From assembly GCA_048887225.1 (NCBI GenBank), contig JBHLJY010000006.1, positions 78,238-142,237 on the forward strand: a DNA stretch of 64,000 nucleotides, given 5' to 3'. Positions 18,468 through 27,932 of the stretch are shown here, piece by piece; within the stretch, counting starts at the first letter, position 1, and every line of letters starts with the position of its first letter. The position numbers and the translations under genes are program-made. This DNA comes from Candidatus Hodarchaeota archaeon (GTDB lineage Archaea > Asgardarchaeota > Lokiarchaeia > Sigyniarchaeales > SOKP01). The notes under the pieces were generated by a model, which saw only the letters and a program-made list of their open reading frames with translations, did not search any database and was not told the DNA's origin.

Positions 18468-18863
18468 TTATTTGCGCTTCTGTATTATAATATGAATACC
18501 TAATATAGTGAAAAAGATATTAATAATTATAGCTATTATGGTACCAGCATTTAATATATTATACATAGCAATGCCCATAATTTGAACGATTATCATTAAA
18601 ATTTGTACCAATACGCCGAATAACACCCATTCCTCAATCTTCTCCCAGTTATCTAATTGCTTATACAACCTTATCAAAACTACTAACCAAGCTATAAACA
18701 TTGCTGCTACAAGTCTAGCCATAACTGGATCAAAATAGCCTGCTTGACCAAGTACTGCATGATAAGTCTCATAAGAAATAATAAACCACAAGCCGTAAAT
18801 AATTAACACTATCATACCTGCAATCCAAAAGATTTTAAGCTCTTTCTCAACATCTAATGCCAT
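18468..18863 (-). CDS. Hypothetical 4-TM membrane protein
   Basis: Four hydrophobic segments, SD-like GAGG upstream. Confidence 0.75.
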   Translation of the reverse strand: MALDVEKELKIFWIAGMIVLIIYGLWFIISYETYHAVLGQAGYFDPVMARLVAAMFIAWLVVLIRLYKQLDNWEKIEEWVLFGVLVQILMIIVQIMGIAMYNILNAGTIIAIIINIFFTILGIHIIIQKRK

Positions 18864-18900
18864 TATTTTTCCTCTCTTTTTATTTTTTTTTTTAATTTCT

Positions 18901-19075
18901 ATTTTTTATTAGATATTTCAACCATAAATTTATGGATTACGTAAAGAATTGACAATTAAGTATTTAACATTTTTGTAATAGGTGATTTAGAAAGAAAATC
19001 AAGAAATTATCTATTTAGTTCAAGATATAAGATTTCTCTAAGTTTACCTAGTCAAAAAAGCTAAATTTCAAATGA
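18901..19075 (-). repeat. Conserved upstream/leader module (reverse copy) fused to the AAGATATAAGAT...AAATTTCAAATGA module
   Basis: Reverse complement aligns with 24960-25090 and 24395-24530; includes palindrome CCATAAATTTATGG (18922-18935). Confidence 0.85.
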
Positions 19076-19208
19076 TAAATAAATTATACATTTGTTCTCT
19101 TATTATTATATCTTGTTTAGAAACAAGTGTTAACCTAAATAAAGAAATTAAAATCTCTAATTTTTTTTATTCTTTTTTTCTTTTAGTTTTTCTTTAATAT
19201 TAGGATTT

Positions 19209-19940
19209 TTAGAATATTTTATTTGAGAATTGATCCAGATGGACAAAATCGCTCAATTCCCTCCGGTATTTTGTTCCACTTTTCCCAAATTTTCTCTCAT
19301 ATCCAAGTCGGAATATCAATAACAACCGATAATTTTTTTCGGGAATGTGTAGAATTTTTCTAATTTTACGGACGGATTCGATATTCATCAATTGACCACT
19401 TACGAGTTGTGCACTTATTCCGAGATTATTTGCAGCGAGCCATATATTTTGCATTACGCCCCCAATACTCATTATGCCCCATAAATGCTTTAACGAACCA
19501 ACTCCGGGTCGTTTTTGATTGTAAAGAATAAACAATAATACTTGCGAATTTTGAATTAATGCGGAATATAAATGCATTGATTTCCTCCAAAATTCGTCGT
19601 CTTCAACCAGTTTCGGATTAGTCTGTAAATCCATAACAAATTTAGGTAAAACATCGACATAAACTCCGTCTTTTTTAGTTTCGAGTTCTTCTATGGTGTG
19701 GCGAACCCAGTAGAAATGCTCATCGACTTCCTTTTTGCCGAGCCTAAAACCTACTTCAGAAAGTTGCCTTTTAACCTCCTCGTCCTTTACAACAATTATT
19801 TCAAATGGTTGCGAATTATGAGGTGTTGGCGCGAAACGGGCTGCTTCAAGAATCTTTTTCAATTCAGAATCAGGAATCGGTTTTTTTGAAAACATCCATC
19901 TCGAACTCCTCCTAAATTTAACTAACTCTTCAAATTCCAT
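19209..19940 (-). CDS. Nitroreductase family protein
   Basis: RRSSR..F..KPI, AARFAPT.HNSQPF, QNIWLAA...G, FRLGY. Confidence 0.9.
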   Translation of the reverse strand: MEFEELVKFRRSSRWMFSKKPIPDSELKKILEAARFAPTPHNSQPFEIIVVKDEEVKRQLSEVGFRLGKKEVDEHFYWVRHTIEELETKKDGVYVDVLPKFVMDLQTNPKLVEDDEFWRKSMHLYSALIQNSQVLLFILYNQKRPGVGSLKHLWGIMSIGGVMQNIWLAANNLGISAQLVSGQLMNIESVRKIRKILHIPEKNYRLLLIFRLGYERKFGKSGTKYRRELSDFVHLDQFSNKIF

Positions 19941-20155
19941 TACGCATCACGATAGTAATATTTGAAATTTCTTTTTTCATTTTTTATTTACTTCAATTAA
20001 TATTTAATATTCATTTGATTGATATTATCATCAATAGATTTATTTATCTCACTATAAACTAATCTTATAATAGCTAATGCTAAGGATTTGCAGTCATCTA
20101 AATCTATAATTTTTTTTTATTTTATCCTGATATTAAATCATATTCTCTTCTAAAA

Positions 20156-21199
20156 CTATATTTGAAAAAATAATAGTTTCAATAAGACGTAAAATCCAAA
20201 AAAACCTATTAAAAAGGCAGCTTCCCATTTCTTAAGAGTCTTTTCAGTCCATAAAAAAATATATGCTATTGATATTGCAATAAAAAGCATTGGTATATCA
20301 AACATTATTAAAATAGGTTCTACTCTGAAGTCTATTATTATTGCTCCTGCACCAGTAGCTAGGAGAATGTCGCAAATGTTAGAACCTAATATATCTCCAA
20401 CGGCAAGTCCATGTGAGCGGCGGCGTAATGCTGTTAAATCTGTCATTAGTTCTGGTAAACTCGTTCCTAATCCTACAATTAAAATACCTATTACATTTTC
20501 GGGTATACCTAATTCTCTTCCCAGAGTATGAGCACTAAGGATTGTTAATTCAGCTCCAATAATTAAAATAAAAAGTCCTATTAAGAATATCCCAACATCT
20601 TTCTTAGTTGATAACTTTTCAAAACGCTTATCAACAGCCTCAAAACTTTGAGGGTCCAATCTTTTTTCTTCGATGGTTTGAGTTTCTAATTTAGTCTTTT
20701 CTATTTTCCTTTCGCTTTTAATAATTAATAATAAGTAGAGAAAATATATTGCCATCATTATAAGAGCGTCTATGCGAGAAATTGTACCATCAAGAGCAAA
20801 TAAAAGAAATATGAAAACTGATATAAACAACATAAACCCTTCCCTTATTAAAACCCACTTACTCACATAAACGGACTGGGTTAGTCCCAATATTCCTAAA
20901 ATAAGCGTTATCTGGATTAGAAACGACCCAATCTTGTTTCCGATAATTATACTATCTACATTCGGGTCTATACCATATAATTTATCAAGTCCCCCCATAA
21001 TACTTACTGCAATCTCTGGTAAGCTAGTGCCAATAGATAAAACAGTAAGCCCTACTAATAAATGGCTTACACCTAAGCGGTATGCTATATTTTCCAAACT
21101 AATAATAATTAATTTTGCACCAAAATATAATGCTACAAACCCTAAAAGAATAAAAACAATTATTAAATAGATCATCCCAATTTTTAATGAAAGGCTCAT
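20156..21199 (-). CDS. Ca2+/Na+ antiporter (CaCA, YrbG-like)
   Basis: Two alpha repeats GTSLPE; GN.IGS and GDILGSN motifs. Confidence 0.93.
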   Translation of the reverse strand: MSLSLKIGMIYLIIVFILLGFVALYFGAKLIIISLENIAYRLGVSHLLVGLTVLSIGTSLPEIAVSIMGGLDKLYGIDPNVDSIIIGNKIGSFLIQITLILGILGLTQSVYVSKWVLIREGFMLFISVFIFLLFALDGTISRIDALIMMAIYFLYLLLIIKSERKIEKTKLETQTIEEKRLDPQSFEAVDKRFEKLSTKKDVGIFLIGLFILIIGAELTILSAHTLGRELGIPENVIGILIVGLGTSLPELMTDLTALRRRSHGLAVGDILGSNICDILLATGAGAIIIDFRVEPILIMFDIPMLFIAISIAYIFLWTEKTLKKWEAAFLIGFFGFYVLLKLLFFQI

Positions 21200-21259
21200 T
21201 TAAAAATATTTATATTTTTTTTATTAAACTTTAAAGGAGAAAATATCATTCATATTATT

Positions 21260-21628
21260 ATGGCACTTGAAAGGAAAGATGCTCCAAAAACCTTTATTCC
21301 TACTTTTATGATATGGATTTTCCTCTGTAATATTGCAGCGATAATCCTAGCGATTATATGGACTATTCAATTTCCCGAGAGCTTTAGATTTGATGCGATA
21401 GTATCAATGTACATAATAATTGCGATAAATGGACTTAGCATCATTCTATTATATCCGATGCTAAATATGGATCCTATAACTCCATTTCTAAAGGGGGCAC
21501 TCATATGGTTTATTGTAATATCGATAATATATGTTGTTTTGGGTGCATACATTGCATTAATTCCAGGAACAATCCAATTACTAGGAGACCTTTGGTTTCA
21601 TTGGAAGCGGAATAAGCTGATAGGATGA
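21260..21628 (+). CDS. Hypothetical membrane protein
   Basis: 3-4 hydrophobic segments. Confidence 0.7.
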   Translation: MALERKDAPKTFIPTFMIWIFLCNIAAIILAIIWTIQFPESFRFDAIVSMYIIIAINGLSIILLYPMLNMDPITPFLKGALIWFIVISIIYVVLGAYIALIPGTIQLLGDLWFHWKRNKLIG

Positions 21629-21831
21629 ATCTACCGATTCAATCAAACTGATAATGAATATTTAGCATATCAAGAAGAAATTTTGAGAAGGATGAAAAGA
21701 TAATGACGACATTTGACGAATTTTTCATTTCTATCTTATAACTTCGAACAGATATATATGATAAAAAATAATTAAATTATATAAATTAAAGCAAATAGAA
21801 GTAGAATAGCTGGGAAACCTATTTCTATTAA

Positions 21832-22728
21832 TTATTCATTTTTACTCTGACGTCTTTTATAAAACAGATATGCTGCAGTTAGTTGTGCTGCGGAGAAAAG
21901 AAGCATTCCGATTAAAGCTGCAGATATACTGGGTGTTAACCATAATTTAAATTCAGGATTATCTTCGCTAGGGGGACCAAAGCTAACATCTTCAAATCTG
22001 GGATCAGGCATATCTAGAGATGCTTCTATTATATTTTCATAATAGGTTGGTATAAATAAGGGTTCAATACTTGTCCTAGTAACCATTAAGACCGTTTCAA
22101 TAATGTTGAATGCTATAAGAAATAATAATATACTGATAATAATTGCGGCTGATTTACTTTTATTTATACTACTCATGAAAATTACAAAAGTAAATACCAT
22201 AAATGTATATAATAAAGCCCAGCTCATTGAATTTATGTATGTATCTGGTATTTCACCGTATTTATAATTTGTAGTGATGCCAATTATTATATAATAAAAA
22301 ACTATCAAAATACTGTTTAAAACATATCGTGAGATTATTCTGCCTATAAGAAGACGACTTTTGCTTATTTTTGGAAATAATAGATTTCCTGTTTGTTTTT
22401 GAAAATCCTCAGCAATAATTCCCCCACCAAACGTTGCCGTACTTATTATTATAAGAATTCCAAAAAAACCAAAATATTCTTCAATATAATCAATAGGTTC
22501 TTCTGGTAATTCGACTCCAGCTGCCACTTCAAGTTCATATATTAATAAATTTAATAAAAAGATACTTAAATATACGAGAAGCATAATCAAAAAAGTTTTC
22601 CACGTCCTTTTAAATTCAAAATTTATTGTATCAGTAATCTGAGTAATATAACGTTTTATACCAATCGTCTGCTTTTCTGTAATTATTTGGTCAAGCTCTA
22701 ACTGCTCTTGAATTAATTCTGTTGACAT
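21832..22728 (-). CDS. ABC-2 type exporter permease
   Basis: GGIIAEDF...TG.LLF...S.S.L.IG motif, about 6 TM; adjacent to ATPase. Confidence 0.88.
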   Translation of the reverse strand: MSTELIQEQLELDQIITEKQTIGIKRYITQITDTINFEFKRTWKTFLIMLLVYLSIFLLNLLIYELEVAAGVELPEEPIDYIEEYFGFFGILIIISTATFGGGIIAEDFQKQTGNLLFPKISKSRLLIGRIISRYVLNSILIVFYYIIIGITTNYKYGEIPDTYINSMSWALLYTFMVFTFVIFMSSINKSKSAAIIISILLFLIAFNIIETVLMVTRTSIEPLFIPTYYENIIEASLDMPDPRFEDVSFGPPSEDNPEFKLWLTPSISAALIGMLLFSAAQLTAAYLFYKRRQSKNE

Positions 22729-22732
22729 TTAT

Positions 22733-23788
22733 TTACCTCCTAAATTTTTTCTTTCCCTTAGTTATAATTTCATTTCCGTAAGCCTCGTAAGAATCGCCAG
22801 TAAGGTCAATAAACAATTTCTCGAGTAAATTAGCTTTAGGTACTGAAAATTCTAATACATTAAAATTGTTTTTGAAGAGAGCATTATGAATTTTTAACTG
22901 ATTTTTTGGAACCCCGTTAAAAGGTACTTCAAATATCTTAGAATTCTCACTAAAGGTAACTTTTATAGTGTTATCACCTTCTATTCCCGTTAAAGGCAAA
23001 ATGATTTTATTTAATCTTTCCAATAAATCAACTAAATTATACTTTGATGTGTCATATAATTCAAAGTTTATTACACTTTTTCGAGCCATTAATTCTAAAT
23101 TATCCAATGTATCAAACGCGATTAACTTTCCTTGGTTGATTATTGCTATCCTATCTGCTACTTCACTGATTTCGTAGAGTAGATGGCTGCTTAAAAAAAT
23201 TGTTTTTCCCATTTGCTTTAATTTCAGAATGAAATCACGTACATCTTTTCTTGCTTTTGGATCTAAACCTGTTTGAGGCTCATCTAATACAACGATATCA
23301 GGATCGTGGACGATTGCAGAACATATTCCAATCTTTTGTCGCATTCCTTTCGAAAAAGTCTTGATTTTTTTATTTAACCATTCAGATAAACCGAACATTT
23401 CAACTACTTCCGCAACGCGATCTTTAACTTTTTTCCTTGGATATCCCTTTAAATTTGCAAAATAACTCAATATTTGACGCGGTGTCATATCGCCATAAAA
23501 TGCAGGAATTTCTATTAAAAAACCAATATTATCTAAGAGATAATCTCTATTTTTGAGTGTTAATCTCTCTAATTTACCGTTATTTCTGATCCAAATCTCG
23601 CCATCTGTTGGTTTCAGTAAATATGCCATCATCTTCATAGTAGTGGTTTTTCCTGCCCCATTTGGACCAAGAAATCCTACAATCTCCCCACGCTTTATTT
23701 CTAAATTAATATTAGAAACAGCATAAAACTTTCCAAACCTCTTTGTTAATCCTCTAAATTGAATTAAAATATTTTCGTTATTTTTCAT
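22733..23788 (-). CDS. ABC transporter ATP-binding protein (CcmA/NatA-like)
   Basis: GPNGAGKTT, FSKGMRQK, LDEP..GLDP, SSHLL. Confidence 0.95.
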   Translation of the reverse strand: MKNNENILIQFRGLTKRFGKFYAVSNINLEIKRGEIVGFLGPNGAGKTTTMKMMAYLLKPTDGEIWIRNNGKLERLTLKNRDYLLDNIGFLIEIPAFYGDMTPRQILSYFANLKGYPRKKVKDRVAEVVEMFGLSEWLNKKIKTFSKGMRQKIGICSAIVHDPDIVVLDEPQTGLDPKARKDVRDFILKLKQMGKTIFLSSHLLYEISEVADRIAIINQGKLIAFDTLDNLELMARKSVINFELYDTSKYNLVDLLERLNKIILPLTGIEGDNTIKVTFSENSKIFEVPFNGVPKNQLKIHNALFKNNFNVLEFSVPKANLLEKLFIDLTGDSYEAYGNEIITKGKKKFRR

Positions 23789-23851
23789 CTCTATCTTTAA
23801 CGCTCTTCACTTTATTTTCATACTTTGCTATTGCTTGTTCAGATTGTTTTA

Positions 23852-23920
23852 TTATATTTTGAACTAATATATAATTTCTTAATTTTCTTTCTAAATCACC
23901 TTTTAACAAAAATGTTAAAT
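23852..23920 (+). repeat. Intergenic repeat module
   Basis: ttatattttgaactaatatataatttctt...taaatcaccttttaacaaaaatgttaaat matches 24960-25030. Confidence 0.8.
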
Positions 23921-23979
23921 CTTTAAATATTTATTTGTCAAAGAAAAATAATTTAATAATTAATCTCATATAAATCCTT

Positions 23980-24366
23980 ATGGATAAATTATTAGAAATC
24001 AAAAGAGAAATAGAAGAAAAGAAGGGTAGAGTATGGCTCGGGATAGTATCAAAAGCTGAGAAAATTCTTAATGACCTTAGCAGGTATTTGGATCACCCTA
24101 AACTCCATGAAGATCTTACATTGGCAGAAGAAATCATTAAGTTGTATGAATATGCAAAAGAAACTAATTTTACTAGAATGGAGGGAATTATTCGTAAACT
24201 CGATCAACTAAGTATCAAAATTGGAATTGTTCCAGCTGAAATAGAGAAAAAAAAACTAGAAGCAACAGATTCTACCCTACATGAAAAAGAACCAGTTTGT
24301 AAAAATTGCGATAATGTAAATAGAATCACCGCAAAATTTTGTGATAATTGTGGCGCAAAACTTTAA
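23980..24366 (+). CDS. Hypothetical protein with C-terminal Zn ribbon
   Basis: CKNCD...AKFCDNCGAKL. Confidence 0.75.
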   Translation: MDKLLEIKREIEEKKGRVWLGIVSKAEKILNDLSRYLDHPKLHEDLTLAEEIIKLYEYAKETNFTRMEGIIRKLDQLSIKIGIVPAEIEKKKLEATDSTLHEKEPVCKNCDNVNRITAKFCDNCGAKL

Positions 24367-24394
24367 TTGTATAATATAAAATATAGGGAAGGCT

Positions 24395-24562
24395 TTATAT
24401 CTCGAACTAAATAGATAATTTTTTGAGTTTCTTTCTTAATCGCCCATTACAAAAATGTAAAATATTTAAATACTTATTTGATAATTTTTTATTTAATCCA
24501 AATTTATGGGTGAAATATCTAATAAAAAGAATTGAATCCAATAAGAAAATGAAATAGAGGTG
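24395..24562 (+). repeat. Conserved upstream/leader module preceding a small-protein gene
   Basis: Aligns with 24960-25123 down to the SD gaaatagaggtg. Confidence 0.85.
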
Positions 24563-24568
24563 GAAATT

Positions 24569-24901
24569 ATGCCATATATTATACTTACTATGTGGTATCC
24601 GACACATAAGAGGGAAGAAGCTATAAAAAAGTATATTGAAGTATTAAAAAAATATCCTCAGAGTAAAGTACCAGGAAAAATGATTGTACCTGTTGCTGTA
24701 ACTACAAATAAAAATGGAATAGTAGCCATGCGTATTAGGGAAGTGAAAACAGGTGACGCTCAAGCATTTGCAGATGCCTTGACCATGACCTCACAACAAA
24801 TGGCGGAATTCCAGGAGATCGAGGGATTGGAATATAAAATTAGAGTTTGGGATACAATATCTGAAGCCATGGCCAATATAGGAAGGGAATCACCTGAATA
24901 G
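24569..24901 (+). CDS. Small conserved protein of an expanded ~110-aa family (possibly DUF3303-like alpha/beta)
   Basis: Paralogous to 25134-25460 and 50815-51156 (W/F-P...K.P...G..Y/K....EA...G); ATG follows GAGGTG SD. Confidence 0.75.
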   Translation: MPYIILTMWYPTHKREEAIKKYIEVLKKYPQSKVPGKMIVPVAVTTNKNGIVAMRIREVKTGDAQAFADALTMTSQQMAEFQEIEGLEYKIRVWDTISEAMANIGRESPE

Positions 24902-24941
24902 TGATAACTTCGGATGAAAAGTTTAAAATTTTAAATTCTTC

Positions 24942-25123
24942 TTTTTTTTCATTTCTATCTTATATCTTGAACTAAATAGATAATTTCTTGATTTTTATTG
25001 TAAATCACCTTTTAACAAAAATGTTAAATACTTTTTTGTCAATTTATTACTTACTCCATAAATTTATGGGTGAAATATCTAATAAAAATTGAATCCAATT
25101 AAAATAAAATAGAAATAGAGGTG
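24942..25123 (+). repeat. Terminator-like T tract plus conserved upstream/leader module
   Basis: ttttttttcatttctatcttatatcttgaactaaatagataatt...ccataaatttatgggtgaaatatctaataaaaa; copies at 18901, 24395, 27304, 21720. Confidence 0.85.
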
Positions 25124-25133
25124 TGTAAAAAAT

Positions 25134-25460
25134 ATGGTATATATTATGTTAACTGGATGGGTTCCAGCTGAAAAAGCTAGAGTATTTGGGAAAAGAGTAC
25201 TTGAAGGGATTCGTAAATTTCCTACAGATGAATCAGTTTCGAAATTGATAGTACAAGCGGCTGGTACGAGTAATGGTTGTATCAGAGCATTCTCAATTAG
25301 TGAGGTTGTAGACGGTAAAATTACAGAAGCTATTACACGCGCCAATAATTTTGCCCTTTTTTATGCAGAAGAGGTAGGCGAGGGATTTAAGTATAATGTA
25401 GAAATCCTAATGTCGGCTATGGAAGCCATGCGTGTGATTGGATTAGAGATGCCAGAATAA
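25134..25460 (+). CDS. Small conserved protein, paralog of 24569-24901
   Basis: MVYIMLTGWVP..K...FP.DE...GFKY.VE...EA...IG. Confidence 0.78.
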   Translation: MVYIMLTGWVPAEKARVFGKRVLEGIRKFPTDESVSKLIVQAAGTSNGCIRAFSISEVVDGKITEAITRANNFALFYAEEVGEGFKYNVEILMSAMEAMRVIGLEMPE

Positions 25461-25544
25461 TTACAAAAAATGTTAAAAACTTTCAAATTTTTTTTTTCTT
25501 TACAGAATTAGCTGAATATTAACTAAACAAAGTGAATATATTAA

Positions 25545-25814
25545 ATGCCAAATTGCGTAAATTGTGGAGAAGAACTAGACTCTGAATAGGATGAATGTCC
25601 CTATTGTGGCCATAGAAAGGTTTTCAATTGTTTAAAATGTGGAGGAGGTATTTCGCAACAACAAGCAGAACAATTTATTCATTTTCAGGGGCTATGTCCT
25701 GAGTGTGAAAAAGCAAGGAAATGGTGGGGCACAGAAATGAGTTTAGGTAGTTTTATTATAGCATTTGTTATTATTCTGTATTTTATTTATTTGTTTATCA
25801 AGATCCTAAGCTAA
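25545..25814 (+). pseudogene. Double Zn-ribbon membrane protein with in-frame TAG at codon 15 (not in ORF track)
   Basis: Manual translation: MPNCVNCGEELDSE*DECPYCGHRKVFNCLKCGGG...LCPECEKARKWW...TM; TAG at 25587-25589. Confidence 0.75.
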
Positions 25815-25925
25815 TTAGTTTTGGTTTATATAGTGGATTTTTATATTTTTTTATATTTTAATAATGAAAAAAAAAGATTAAAATTAATATTTAGAGTTTT
25901 TTTAAATCCCATTCATTAATTGATT

Positions 25926-26375
25926 TTATTCTTTGATGACAAAGATCAATATTGTCATAACAATAATAACTATTTGTACAATGATAACAATCACTAGGGT
26001 ACCTTGAATTGCATCTAGATATCCAGCAGTTTCTGGATCGATAGGAATTAAAGGAATTAGCCCAAACCAAAGAAAACAGACTAACAATGCTATCACCGCA
26101 AAAATCATGACGAAAATACTAGTAATCATTTGAGCAGTGTCATTATCTTTTAAGACTGTCATTCCTAATATAGTAAAAATAATCGATATAAAAGGAAGGA
26201 TAATCAAAGCTACTACTGTCGTTCCAACACCAGCATAAGCCCACACTGTAACCTCTGTTTTAGGATGCATTAGAATCAATCCTATAAGACTTAATATGGC
26301 AATACCTAAAATGAAAGTTGTTATAATTAAAAGAAATCGGATAATTGAAAATATGAAATTCTTTTCCATTTCCAT
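25926..26375 (-). CDS. Hypothetical 4-TM membrane protein
   Basis: Four long hydrophobic helices. Confidence 0.72.
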   Translation of the reverse strand: MEMEKNFIFSIIRFLLIITTFILGIAILSLIGLILMHPKTEVTVWAYAGVGTTVVALIILPFISIIFTILGMTVLKDNDTAQMITSIFVMIFAVIALLVCFLWFGLIPLIPIDPETAGYLDAIQGTLVIVIIVQIVIIVMTILIFVIKE

Positions 26376-26475
26376 ATTAAACGCCTTTTTTTATTTCACC
26401 ATTTTTAATTAAATTTGGTAATTGATATTATTTATTGTCAAATCAACTAATAAAAACTTTCTCAATTTTCGTACG

Positions 26476-26560
26476 TATAAGATTCTCTAAGTTTACCTAT
26501 TCAAAAAAGCTAAATTTCAAATGAAAAATTTAAAATTGATTTCATTATATTATGAATTAT
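26476..26560 (+). repeat. Intergenic repeat module
   Basis: tataagattctctaagtttacctattcaaaaaagctaaatttcaaatgaaaaatttaaaattgatt; parts shared with 16525, 19026 and 17817-17895. Confidence 0.85.
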
Positions 26561-26591
26561 TTATAAACTTTTAATAAGAACTAGATATTCA

Positions 26592-27260
26592 ATGGAAGCC
26601 TATGATATTGTATGGTTAACAATTTCATCAATATTCTGGATTTGGAGTGGAATCTGGTTAGTATATTTTAAAGCAAAATACAAAGAAATTAGGAGATTCC
26701 TCAATTATAAAGAATATATTGGTGTTTTAGGCCTCTTCCTAATTACATTGGGTTTAATTATTGAGATTATTTTATATGATCCAGAGTCGGAATATGATAG
26801 TGTTTTTGCATTTCCATTTTTATTAGCTGGAAATGTGACATTAATTATATGGGTGATTTGGGCAATATATAATTTAATTGAGAAAATAGAAGAAATTAAA
26901 GAAAATATTGCTATTTTTGGATTTGTTATTGCATTCATTTTAGACATAACTACACCTTTCACTATACTATTCTTAATTATTATCTATAGTTTTCGTTTTT
27001 TCTGGTCAGGAATAATGATATTTACTCTGATTAATCTAGAGAAATTTCGAGAAAAAGAGATAGAAGTTGAACAAAAGGAAGTTACAGTAAGAGAAAAAAA
27101 GAAAAAAGTTCCGATAATAGCAGAACAAACAGATATAAAAAAAAGAGACGAATTATATGAATGTCCGATGTGTAAAAGTAAAATACCAGCTAGACTAAGT
27201 AAGAAATATAGTATGGGAAGCCCTATTTTTTGTAAATATTGTGGATCTAAAATTGATTAA
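26592..27260 (+). CDS. Membrane protein with C-terminal Zn ribbon
   Basis: About 5 TM segments, then CPMC...CKYCG. Confidence 0.75.
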   Translation: MEAYDIVWLTISSIFWIWSGIWLVYFKAKYKEIRRFLNYKEYIGVLGLFLITLGLIIEIILYDPESEYDSVFAFPFLLAGNVTLIIWVIWAIYNLIEKIEEIKENIAIFGFVIAFILDITTPFTILFLIIIYSFRFFWSGIMIFTLINLEKFREKEIEVEQKEVTVREKKKKVPIIAEQTDIKKRDELYECPMCKSKIPARLSKKYSMGSPIFCKYCGSKID

Positions 27261-27303
27261 AGCCGAACAGGGGTGCGAATTTTGAGGACAGCTATTAATT
27301 CTC

Positions 27304-27345
27304 TTTTTTTCATTTCTATCTTATATCTTGCACTAAATAGATAAT
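27304..27345 (+). repeat. T tract plus core repeat module
   Basis: tttttttcatttctatcttatatcttgcactaaatagataatt, one mismatch to 24943-24984. Confidence 0.85.
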
Positions 27346-27410
27346 TAAGAAAAAAAATGAAAAAAAAAGAAGTCTAAAATTTTTAAGTTCTAAAGTCTTA
27401 AAATAAAACT

Positions 27411-27788
27411 ATGGAAGATTTAGATTTAAAAAAAAGAGCAATTATCATAATTCACGGCATAATCATATGGGTATTATGTGGAATGATTATGTATATAGGA
27501 ATGAGCATTACAAGTATAGAAATAACATTAATAATCCATGCGATCTTTGCGCCAATATTCGCTTGTCTAATTTCATTTATTTATTTCAAGAAATTTAACT
27601 ATACTACCCCACTTATTACAGCAACAATCTTTGTGGCAATCGCTATTCTATTAGACATTTTTATTGTTGCCCTCCTAATTGAGCAGAGTTTTGAAATGTT
27701 TACGAGCTTTCTAGGGACATGGTTAGTATTTATTTTAATTTTTGCCGCAACTTTTCTTACAGGATTTTATTTAGAGAAAAAAGAGTAA
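27411..27788 (+). CDS. Conserved 4-TM membrane protein
   Basis: H...W.LCG..M..G, IHAIFAP, LLD..IVA..IE.S..MF.S.LGTW pattern; hydrophobic. Confidence 0.75.
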   Translation: MEDLDLKKRAIIIIHGIIIWVLCGMIMYIGMSITSIEITLIIHAIFAPIFACLISFIYFKKFNYTTPLITATIFVAIAILLDIFIVALLIEQSFEMFTSFLGTWLVFILIFAATFLTGFYLEKKE

Positions 27789-27932
27789 ACAATTACTCAT
27801 AACTTTCTTTTTTTATACTAATGAGTAAAAATCAATTAATTAATAATTTTTAAATAGTAAAAGTACATAAATGTAAATATATTTAAAACAAAATAAAAAA
27901 AATGTTGAAATCCAAATTAAAGGTGAGAATTA

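Noticed and set aside
21629-21703. Possible gene C-terminal remnant (IYRFNQTDNEYLAYQEEILRRMKR*)
   Set aside because: No start codon or recognisable family; cannot be supported.
27261-27282. GC-rich gccgaacaggggtgcgaa resembling the reverse complement of a tRNA 3' end (att relic)
   Set aside because: Too short and degenerate; no cloverleaf and no integrase nearby.
15197-27880. Intergenic repeats as a CRISPR array or classical integron attC sites
   Set aside because: No regular repeat-spacer period. Genes lie in both orientations, I could not identify consistent RYYYAAC/GTTRRRY ends, and no intI is in the window.
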